NCBI GenBank assembly: GCA_030324005.1
Contig: JARDVH010000140.1
Coordinates: 29,522,268-29,586,267 of the forward strand
DNA: 64,000 nucleotides
Direction: 5' to 3'
DNA from: Negaprion brevirostris
Lineage: Eukaryota
Shown piece by piece: positions 22,038-31,755 of this stretch (its first letter is position 1; the number at the start of each line of letters is the position of its first letter). The notes beneath the pieces are model-generated. The model did not search any database. It saw nothing but the letters and a program-made list of their open reading frames with translations, and was not told the DNA's origin. The translations under genes were made by a program, and so were the position numbers.

Positions 22038-22650
22038 CAAAGCAAAATACTGCAGACGCTGGAATCTGAAACAACAATAGAAAATGCTGGAAAATCTCAG
22101 CAGGTCTAATTTGACTTAATTTATTATTGTTACATGTATTAACATACAGTGAAAAGTATTGTTTCTTGCGNNNNNNNNNNNNNNNNNNNNNNNNNNNNNN
22201 NNNNNNNNNNNNNNNNNNNNNNNNNNNNNNNNNNNNNNNNNNNNNNNNNNNNNNNNNNNNNNNNNNNNNNAATTTATTATTGTCACATGTATTAACATAC
22301 AGTGAAAAGTATTGTTTCTTGCGCGCTATACAGTCAAAGCATACCGTTCATAGAGAAAGAAAGGAGAGGGTGCAGAATGTAGTGTTACAGTCATAGCTAG
22401 GGTGTAGAGAAAGAGCAACTTAATATCATGTAGATCCATTCAAAAGTCTGATGGCAGTAGGGAGGAAGCTGCTCTTAAGTCGTTTGGTATGTGCCCTCAG
22501 ACTTTTGTATCTTTTTCCCGATGGAAGAAAGTGGAAGAGAGAATGTTCTTCAAGGGTCATCCTGACCCCAAACATTGGCTCAATTCTCTCCACAGATGCT
22601 GCCAGACCTGCTGAGACTTTCAGGAATTTTCTGTTAAATTGTTTCATATT
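22038..22650. mobile_element. Palindromic PLE-terminus mini-element, interrupted by Rex1
   Basis: Left arm agaaaatgctggaaaatctcagcaggtct (22079-22107) pairs with right arm agacctgctgagactttcaggaattttct (22604-22632). Hammerhead stem II remnant gggtca-tcc-tgaccc at 22554-22568. Confidence 0.7.
22109..22545 (-). mobile_element. Rex1/Babar LINE 3' end
   Basis: HSLFHFLPSGKRYKSLRAHTKRLKSSFLPTAIRLLNG is the characteristic Rex1 ORF C-terminus. 3' UTR ends tgtgacaataataaat. Confidence 0.9.
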
Positions 22651-23883
22651 TGGTTGCAAACATGTGGGCTGCTGCCCATCAAATCCACAACGGAGATCTG
22701 TGGAAATGGCAGTACAGTAAGTGAATTGTCGGGTTGCATGGGGATTGCACAGTCCTTCACAAAGATCTTGGAGAGTGTTTCACTCAGCAGATTAAAAGTT
22801 TGCACTTGAAGTGGCCACTGGTCTGAGGCAGATTGTCTGGGGTCCCCATTGATTCCTAATGAAACAGCTTCTCAGAGACAGGTGACCAAACTGCATGAAG
22901 GTGACAAATTGAGAAAATATTCAAATTATTTGCAAGTAGTGCCATGGAAGAAGTGAGAGCCATTGCTGCCTTCTCATTTGTACTTTTGTGCTGTTTTTGT
23001 TGATTTTTTTTAACCCTCGAAGTGCAAATCTGTTCTGACCGACTGATTTCACAATGACTGTGTCCACCGCACAACTGTGTAGGCACAACATTACATGAAG
23101 TATTGAGAACACGAGCAAGCTGAAGTTTTGTTGATTCTTGTACTTGCCTGTACCTTGGATTATGTTGATCTGTTGTCTTCATAGTAGGATTATTGAGTTG
23201 TTATATTGCTTTCGGGTGGTATTCATTATTTCCTCAAGGAAATGACTAAATTTTGATTCCGGTAGTTGCTGATGTAATCACATTTCGTGGAAACTGATCA
23301 TTATCATCGTCAAAACTTTTATTCAGTTAAAAATTACACAGTTGGCACTGAAGATGCATTTTACCGTCTTGTGCAATTACAAACTTTGGTACAGACTGAG
23401 TTATCCTCGTGTTGAATCAACAACTGTTTCGCCATCACTTCCTCAGAACCTGAGTTGTAATTTGAAGGCTCTGAACCCTTTTTAACCCTTGAACAATATT
23501 ACAAGTCTACATTTATCTTTATCTCCATGGATTCATTGGCATTGTCTGTTCCCATAAGTACACTCAATTTTCTGTGCTCTCTCTATCTATTATCAATGTA
23601 TTACAATAGTGTAATCCAGGGGATGTATTGCTATCTCCCCATAACATTCAAATTGGATATTTAGCCTTCTCAAGTGGACTGGCAATTTCTCAGTAGTCAG
23701 ATGAAGCTAGAAACAATGTTAATCTGTTTCACTTCACATAAAGTAAATTAACATAAGATTATTGCAGATTTTGATATGCTGCAGTGGTATTGTCATCACT
23801 GTTGTCAATTGTATATAAGGAGAAGACAATAACATCAAGCCCATCACAGACATTGAAAAATGTCTGAGTGCCACCAAGAGAAA

Positions 23884-24395
23884 GAAAGAACATAGGAACA
23901 TTGGAATTAGGAGCAGAAGTAGACAATTGAGCCCTTCATTCCTGTTTCACCATTCAATCAGATCATGGCTGATCTCTCCCTGGTCTCAAATCCAACTCCC
24001 CACCTGTTCGCCATCTGCCCTTGGGGCAACACATTGGTTAACACTGCTGCCTCACAATGACAGGGACCTGGGTTTGATTCCCAGCTTGGGTCACTGTCTG
24101 TGTGGAGTCTGCACATTCTCCCCGTGTCTGTGTGGATTTCCTCTGGTTGCTTTAATTTCCTCCCACAGTCCGAAAGACATGCTTGTTATGTGTATTGGCC
24201 ATGCTAAATTCTCCCTCAATGTACCCGGACAGTTGCCAGAGTGTGAAAGATAAGTATTTTCACAGTAACTTCATTGCAGTGTTAATGTAAGCCTATTTGT
24301 GACAAATAAATAAATTTTAAATTTTAAACTTGAATCTTTTTTTATCAGAAATATCTCCTTCTTGAAACCATTCAATGATTCAGACTCCACTGTGT
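23884..24395 (-). mobile_element. CR1 3' end (left arm of inverted pair), split by a V-SINE
   Basis: gaacataggaacattggaattaggagcagaagtag..cacctgttcgccat resumes at ~24328 as ttgaatc..ccttcttgaaaccattcaatgattcagactcca. Confidence 0.88.
24022..24325 (+). mobile_element. HE1-like V-SINE, tail type A
   Basis: ggggcaacacattggttaacactgctgcctcac..cagtaacttcattgcagtgttaatgtaagcctatttgtgacaaataaataaa. Confidence 0.92.
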
Positions 24396-24489
24396 TATGG
24401 GTCATTCTCCTGGCAGTTTTGAAAATAACTAGCAAGTGTGACCACACCAACAATTCACTGCCACTCTGTGTCCTCACTGTGATGTTTAA

Positions 24490-24692
24490 CACCATTTAAA
24501 TTGTTGCTCACTAATGTCCTTTAGGGAAGGAAATCTGCTGTCCTTACCTGCTCTCCTTACCTGCTCTGGCCTACATGTGACTCCAGAGCCAAAGCTATGT
24601 GGTTGATCCTCAATTGCCTTTGGGCAACTGGGGATGGGCAATAAATGCCGGTCAGGCAGCGATGCCCATGTCCCACAAATGAATAAAAAAAA
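24490..24692 (+). mobile_element. SINE-B 3' half
   Basis: cactaatgtcctttagggaaggaaatctgctgtccttacctg..gggatgggcaataaatgcc..gatgcccatgtcccacaaatgaataaaaaaaa. Internal tandem duplication of tccttacctgctc. Confidence 0.88.
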
Positions 24693-24914
24693 GTCATGAG
24701 TTTTGTAGAAGAAATGAACTTCAAACAGGCAGGTGTCAACAAGAGAGAATATAAAGCAATGAGAAGTGAGAATTAGAACCACTGATTGACCATTTGAGTG
24801 GAACGCTTTTGCGTTGCTTAAACCTGGAAGTTTAGAGCAGGTTCACCAAATGTCAAGAGAATCCATCTCCTTCCCCAGTCTCATACCTTTGTGTCTTTGT
24901 CCATAAATCGTAAG

Positions 24915-25598
24915 TCTGGATGCAGATACGGCATGTAGTAAAAAATGTTGGCATTTATTACAAAAGGACTGGAGTATAAAAGCAGAGAAGCGTTGTTGCA
25001 ATTGTATACGGTATGGGTGAGACCACTTCTGGAATCTTGTGTCCAGTTTTGGCCTCCTTGTTTGAGGAAGGATGTGGTGGCATTGGACATCGTTCAGAGG
25101 AGATTCACTAGAAAGATTCTAGGGATGAAAAAAGATTATGAAGAAAGATTAAACAGTTTGGGCTTATACACGCTGGAGTTCAGAAGGATGAGAAGAGGAT
25201 CTGATCTAGATATACAAAATATTAAAGGGACTGATAAAGTAAGCATAGACCAAACATTTCTCCTTGTGGGGCAAACTAGAACAAGAGATCACAGGTATGG
25301 GTTGAGAGGCAATAGATTTAAAATTGAGGTGAGGGGGAAGTACTTCTCACAGAGGGTAGGAATTTGTGGAACTTGTTGGTCTGTAGCACAATGGAGGCTG
25401 AATCATTAAATGGTTTCAAGAAGGAAATGGATATACTTCTGATTTTAAAAACGGGTTCAAGGGACATGGGGAACAGGTGGGGAGGTGGATTTGAGACCAG
25501 GGAGAGATCAGCCATGATCTGATTGAATGGTGAAACAGGGATGAAGGGCTGAATTGTCTACTTCTGCTCCTAATTCCGATGTTCCTATGTTCTTTCTT
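24915..25598 (+). mobile_element. CR1 LINE 3' portion (right arm of inverted pair)
   Basis: ORF 24945-25409 MLAFITKGLEYKSREALLQLYTVWVRPLLESCVQFWPPCLRKDVVALDIVQRRFTR..EERLNSLGLYTLEFRRMR. Tail gttcctatgttc. Confidence 0.94.
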
Positions 25599-26469
25599 TC
25601 CCTTGGTGGGACTCGGGGTAATTTTAAATGCTTGTGATGGGCTTGATGTTGTTTTCTTTCCCTTAAATGGATTTTCTTATCTATATTTCCCAGTCTGTAT
25701 TGTGGTGCATAGTCACTTCATGTTATATTGCTGGTGGCCTCCAGTGACACAGCAAAGGTTCCAGAAGTGTGTTTCAGTCAACTGGCTCTGTTCATTTGGC
25801 AATGTGTCTAATAATTATCTGTACTAAATTCCATGATGCAGCCCCTATGTTCCTGTCATTGACAAGAGTGTAAAATCATCAGACAGAGACATCACTTTAC
25901 AGTTTGCTTTTGATACAGATAGAAGTGACATTGCAATGTAGACCACCTATTGACCTCACCGTATAAGAGCTGATCTAAAAAAGCCCGTGTATGTTTTCAG
26001 ACCACTTTTCATACATATCATAAGGTGGCAAATGGTAACTGGAAATTAAATAGTGCTTTTAAACAGTGTCACAAAACCTCTGACAGATCATTAATCACTC
26101 TTCAGTGTCCATTACCTCAACTCCTCTATCATAAAGGTTCATAGATAACTTGGGTCATGACATACATTCAGTGCCATCGAACAGCTGTGCTTTGTCCATC
26201 CCTTGAGTCCTGTGTGTTCAGATAATACTAGAAAACCTTTGTATATCAACACACATCCTTTTAATAAAGGTTTTTGTCTGAGAGTGGGTAGTTTAATGTA
26301 TCTACTTGAGGAGTATGATTTTTCATACTTGTCCACAGCTTGGGCACCCAAGTGCCCCACCTCATATTACTCATATTGTAATTTCTGTCCCAAAATTACA
26401 CCCCAAACCAAAAATAAACAAATTTTGCTTGAATTCCTAGGAGGACTGTGCGACATTTCTTCATTCATA

Positions 26470-26890
26470 CATTCTGGGTCTGGATTCATTCCTGGTTTGG
26501 GTCACTGTGTAGGGTCTGCATGTTCTCCCCGTGTCTGCGCGGTTTTCCTCTGGGTGCTCCAGTTTCCTCCCATGGTCTGGAGGATGTGCATTGGCCATGC
26601 TAAATTCTTCCTCAATGTAGCCGAACAGGTGCTGGAGTGTAGCAACTCGGGGGTTTTCGTAGTAATGATAGAATCCCTACAGTGCAGAAGGAGGCCATTT
26701 GGCCCGTCAAGCCTGCACTAACAACAATCCACCTGGTCCTATATCTGTAGCCACATATATTTACCCTGCCAATCCACCTGATACTAACGGGCAATTTAGT
26801 ATGGCCAATTCACCTAACCTACACATCTTTGGACTTCTTTGCAGCGTTAATGTAAGCCTACCTGTGACACTAATAAATAAACTTTAAACT
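26470..26890 (+). mobile_element. V-SINE tail type A with a minus-strand tail-B V-SINE fragment nested at ~26665-26836
   Basis: Tail A is split as ttttcgtagtaa|..|cttctttgcagcgttaatgtaagcctacctgtgacactaataaataaac. The insert starts tagaatccctacagtgcagaaggaggccatttggccc. Confidence 0.85.
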
Positions 26891-28539
26891 TCTGAAGATA
26901 TTTGATCTTCCTAGCTCCTTTAGAATAAAAGCATCCCTTATTTCATGTGGCTTTTCTTGGGTGGATCACATGTCAGAAGGGAGGAGGCAGGTTACAACTG
27001 TTAATGGCAAGTTTCAGACCAAAGCTTGTTCTGCTCCAGCTTTCCATCCCTTGTCGTCCCCTTGAGCTTGTGGACCAACCTTGAGGAATCCACATTCATG
27101 TTGCCTTAAAGCTCGGGGCACTTGTACAGCACGGTTGAATACTGTTTTACTATATTCCTCACTACATTTCAGGCCAATGGCACAGTAGCGTCCTCCCACG
27201 GTCTTATTTTGCAAGGCTTGGAGTGACAAGTTGCTGAGCAATCTGTGGGCTGCTTCACTTGATACTTCAGCTGAAAAATGCAGTTACAAAGGTAGACCGG
27301 CCATTTGCGGTACACCCCACGTTCTTATTAATCCGCAGGAAAATCCCAGGCTGTCAAACCCACAAGTGGAAATCACAGATCAGCAATTACAATAATGGAA
27401 GGTCAGAAATAGTGCCTTAATATCATACGTGGGTTTAAAACATTGGAAGAAATTTGACCGTGATGCTTTTAAATAATTGGCGAATGATATGAAGTTCTGT
27501 GGTTGATATCTGTGGGTAGAATGTACATCTCCAGAGATATTTTGTGAGCTGCTCTTAATGTGATTGAAATATTTGGGGTATTCAATCAGGCAAATAGTCT
27601 CACATTTCAGGCAGGTGACTATCAAGTTACTTGAGTTTTCCTTATTTTAAATATTTAGCCCTTGGTTCTGGAGTTTTGCTTGTAGTAACTGACTTACTGA
27701 AATCTTTTTCATAATCTTAAAATCCTTCAGTGACTTCCTTCTTTGACTTTGGCCTCAATTTCCGCAGACATAAGGACTCTGTGCCATCGTCAAAATGGCA
27801 CAGGAACCCTAATTTTGAAAGTCCTACCTCCCCCCAGACCCAACACTCACTAATTTTGTCGGATGGGAGGAAAAGGGAGAGGTTGGAGTTTGCGCATATG
27901 CGGTTCAGGGAAACAGCTGTGGGTATAAAAGTGCAGCTGCATTCAAACAGATGCATTTTTTGTTACTGGGATGTCCAAAACATGACTCATGGGCTTTGGA
28001 CATTTGAGGAAAATGTCTACAGTTGCTGGATTATTTGGAGATGTCAGTTACCTTTTGGAGTTGTCCAGGTACCATCCACAAACGTAAGGTTCCCCTTTGG
28101 GATTGTTAAGAGTAGTCATGAACGTGTAAAATGTGGATAAGCTCAGTGAAACTGTCAAGATGTCCAATCCTTTATTTCCACAAGTCCTTTCTTATTTTTT
28201 TTAAATGGTCAGTCTGCTGTGACTCTGCATGCAATTTTACTGACTATGAATTTCCATAAACCTGAGGGTTATCATTTATAGGATTAGTGCTTTTTGACTG
28301 CAATCATGGGGGAGGAGAATCTCTTGCTGTAGTTCACAGTCTGATTGAGAATCTCAGGTACTTATAGCTGTCATCCAAGTGGGGCTATGAATACAAGTGC
28401 TTGTTTTCAGAGGAGATTAGGTACTTGAAGGAATTTAAATGTATTGAATAGGGCTTTAGGGATCATGTGTTTTTATGATTTGCCTTATGAGTTGGCCTTG
28501 GGACCAATATAATATTGTCACTACTTAATTCAGTAGACA

Positions 28540-28770
28540 TTTCAGGAGAAACCTCTTTATTGAAATAATGAATAGAATCTAGAACTTGCCTTGATCAGGA
28601 GTAGCTGAGGTAAATAGCATGGATGCATTTGGGAAAAAGCTAGAAACATTTATGAGAGGGGAAAACAATAGAAGATTATACTGATAAGGTTAGATGAAGG
28701 CTAGTGAGAAGAAGCTTATGTGCAGCATAAAAACTGACTTGGAGCAGTTGGAATGAATTTGTTTTTTATG
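28540..28770 (+). mobile_element. Old CR1 3' end
   Basis: ggagtagctgaggtaaatagcatggatgcatttgggaaaaagctagaaacatttatgagagg..gtgcagcataaaaactgacttggagcagttgg. Confidence 0.65.
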
Positions 28771-28854
28771 TTCCTGCCTTGGAACTGGGCTGATGAAATG
28801 AGTGAACTCTACAGCAGTATTCAAGAATCACCTGGCTGCATAATACCCCAGCTA

Positions 28855-29100
28855 TGTTCTTCACATTTACAAGGCCTCGCTATCCCTTTACATGTTTTAA
28901 CAGCATCTGTCACTTCTTTGCAAATAAACACAACATCTCCAAATCATTTTGAGTTTGTGCAAAATGCTTTGAATCATTTGCTGCCTTTCCAATTTGCAAA
29001 TTTAGACACATTTGAACTGACTTCAGTATCAAAATCTTTTATAAAGAAGGTAAATAGCTCTATACCCAAAAGCAGTAATAACTGAAACCCCGCCAGGTAT
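28855..29100 (-). mobile_element. Old CR1 RT fragment
   Basis: Minus strand reads LLGIELFTFFIKDFDTEVSSNVSKFAN, a decayed form of VLGPxLFTIFINDLDxxxxxxISKFADD. Confidence 0.65.
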
Positions 29101-29151
29101 CTTTCTTTCCTTCTAATTGTCTCAATCTTTTAACTCACCATCTTTAATCTA

Positions 29152-29785
29152 TGGGGAGGTGATGGCCTGGTGGTATTCATAAGAACATAAGAAATAGGAG
29201 CAGGAGTAGGCCATCTAGCCCTTTGAGCCTGCCCCGCCATTCAATAAGATCNNNNNNNNNNNNNNNNNNNNNNNNNNNNNNNNNNNNNNNNNNNNNNNNN
29301 NNNNNNNNNNNNNNNNNNNNNNNNNNNNNNNNNNNNNNNNNNNNNNNNNNNTCCCCTCAAGATGCCTCACTATTTCCTCCTTGATGACGGATTCTAACAT
29401 TTTACCTACAACAGACGTTAAACTAACCCTGCCTTTTGCCTGCCACCATTCTCGCCAGATTATTAATCCAGAAACTCAGCTAATGTTCTGGAGATCTGAG
29501 TTCAAATCCTCCCATGGTAGATAGTGGAATTTGAATTATAAAAAAAAATTTGGAATTAAAAGTCTAATAATGACCGCGAAACCATTGTCAATTGTCGGAA
29601 AAACCCAGCTGGTTCATGAATGTCATTTAGGAAAGGAAATCTGTTGTTGTTATCTGGTCTACATGTGACACCAGAGCCACAGCAATGTGGTTGATTCTCA
29701 ACTGCCCTCTGAACAAAGGCAGCTAGGAATGTGCACTAAATGTTGGCCAGCAGCGACGCCCATGTCCCACGAACGAATAAACAAA
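29152..29785 (+). mobile_element. SINE-B, with a CR1 inserted in its tRNA head
   Basis: ggggaggtgatggcctggtggtatt|..|ctcgccagattattaatccagaaactcagc..gagttcaaatcc..gcgacgcccatgtcccacgaacgaataaa. Confidence 0.88.
29178..29447 (-). mobile_element. CR1 LINE (3' UTR and RT-proximal piece on either side of a gap)
   Basis: cataagaacataagaaataggagcaggagtaggcc is the 3' end. Across the gap the minus strand reads VSLTSVVGKMLESVIKEEIVRHLE. Confidence 0.9.
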
Positions 29786-30834
29786 TAGTCCAACTGTACT
29801 CATTTTATCCTTTGGGCTTGCATCTTGTCTCTCTTTTGTCTCTCTCCTTTTCCGGGCAACACCAAATAGTTATTTTAAAGTTCTGATAAATGAAACAAAT
29901 GTTTTCATTCACCCCAGCGAGGGTTAGTACCTTGTTTATGAACAGAGCTGAAGGTGACAGTGCAGGGCCTGGCTCGCTATAGAATCCAGCCCAATGGTAT
30001 GGATTTGGAGTAACTAACTTATTAAACATATTGTCAGCACTGATTAATATCTGTGTAAGGATTGTGTGCCTGATATTTACTACCGCTTGCAAAGACAAAT
30101 CTGAGCATGTTGTATCTAATTGTCCCGAGTCCCGTTGAAAAAGCACTCTCTGATTGATTGGCCCCAATGCACTGACCAGATGGTACGCAGTTGAGCTCTA
30201 TGTGGTCATTTCCAGGGTGTCAGTGTTATTCAGTAGAGTCTTGTGGCTAGGGATGACAGAAAGCTCCACTAATGAGAGCTTAGTTAGCTGCCTTCCTTTT
30301 CCACGGTGAAGAATTTTGACATCCTGTCCCAGTAACCTGATCACGCATACTGCTTTTAGAATTTAGACCAAAGACTTAGCCTCGACAGGGAGGATGACAG
30401 TTGTCAGAAACAGATAGCAGTGTGCACACACTGGCTGTTACAATCCATTCATTCATCCTTTCACAAATGGTTGCCCAGAGCTTGACATTGTGGTTTACAG
30501 TCCACTGGTTTGCTGGCAAGAGACATACAAACAGACGCAAGGTCGATCCGTGAGCCTACAGAGACTGATCTGAAAGGTTTAAAAGCTGACATCTCCTTTT
30601 CTCCCTATTTCCTGACTGTATAGTTTGAAAAGAATATTAAAGAATAATCTTTAAGTAACCAACTGCACATGTAGTTCCCTTACTCTTTGAAGGTTTAAGA
30701 TAAAACCCACCCCGAGTTTGTTTACCCCTCCTGAGCCAATTGGAGGAACAATCACTCACGCGTACAATCACTCATACGTCTCGACCATTGGCTGGTTTTG
30801 TGTAGATTTTTGTCCAGCGTTGTAAAACACTGAG

Positions 30835-31280
30835 AAAAAATTGAAATGCTGGAGATTTGGAAATAAGAACAGATGCTGTACATCAGGTCATTCAGCATCT
30901 GAAAGAGAAATGTAGACTTCCTTTGACAGCACCTTCCAAACTCGCAGCCACTTCCACTTAGAAGGATATGGGTAGCAGATATATGGGAACACCATTACCT
31001 GCAAGTCCCCCTCCAAACCGCGCACCAGCCTGAATTGAAATTGCATTGTCCTTCCTCGCTCTCAAACAGCGCTGTGGGTGACCTATATCAGGTGAGATGT
31101 GGCAGTTCAAAAAGGCATCTCACCAACCTCAAGGACATATAGGGTTGGGCAACACATGCTGATCCTATCAATGATGCCCACACCCAGGAAAGAATTTTCA
31201 AAATGCCTACAACAAAAGCTTACTTTCTCTCTCCCAAGATTATTAAGCTAATGTGCATTTCCACAACTTTTATTTGTGAC
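30835..31280. mobile_element. Degenerate palindromic PLE-terminus mini-element with a LINE tail inserted at ~30925-31200
   Basis: Left arm aatgctggagatttggaaataagaacagatgctg..caggtcattcagcatctgaaagagaaa. Weak right arm tttctctctcccaagat..gtgcatttccacaacttttattt. Insert cagcaccttccaaac..gggttgggcaacacatgctg..gatgcccacac. Confidence 0.55.
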
Positions 31281-31477
31281 CCCCTAAGTTCCACGATAAC
31301 CTTATCACAGTATATATGCTTAAAAATGTATATCCTTTCTGTGGCAAAGCAACTCTCCCTTGGATAAACCCCAGTGCTGAAAGTCATTGAAAAAATTCAG
31401 GAAAGTCTTGTTGCTGCGAAATCTATCACATTATTCTGCAGAGTGGTTCCACAGCACAAGCGGTGCTGGAGAAATAA

Positions 31478-31755
31478 GGACAAAGAACAAAAACAGCCCG
31501 GGAAACAGGCCCTTCGGCCCAATGAGCCCGCGCTGCCATTTTAACATTACCAGTCCCNNNNNNNNNNNNNNNNNNNNNNNNNNNNNNNNNNNNNNNNNNN
31601 NNNNNNNNNNNNNNNNNNNNNNNNNNNNNNNNNNNNNNNNNNNNNNNNNNNNNNNNNAGCATTCCATACCCCCACTACCCTCTGTGTGAAAAACCTCCCT
31701 CTAATATCTGTGTTATACCTCTCCCCCCTCACCTGAAGCCCGTTGCCCCTTGTAC
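31478..31755 (-). mobile_element. CR1 3' end across gap
   Basis: STRGNGLQVRGERYNTDIRGRFFTQRVVGVWNA. Plus-strand tail acaaagaacaaaaacagcccgggaaacaggcccttcggccca. Confidence 0.9.

Noticed and set aside
22119-22322. Apparent tandem duplication of ~50 bp on both sides of a 100-N gap
   Set aside because: Near-identical sequence flanking a placeholder gap is the signature of unmerged overlapping contig ends or haplotypes.
24945-25409. 154-aa ORF as a host gene
   Set aside because: It is the C-terminal part of CR1 ORF2, 5'-truncated and frameshifted.
26269-26310. GGTTTTTGT nonamer suggesting a V(D)J recombination signal
   Set aside because: No CACTGTG heptamer at 12- or 23-bp spacing and no V/J segment nearby. 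The CACAGTG matches I checked lack a nonamer and mostly lie in SINE heads.
26203-26721. 172-aa ORF
   Set aside because: Chance read-through from unique DNA into a V-SINE, with no recognisable domain.
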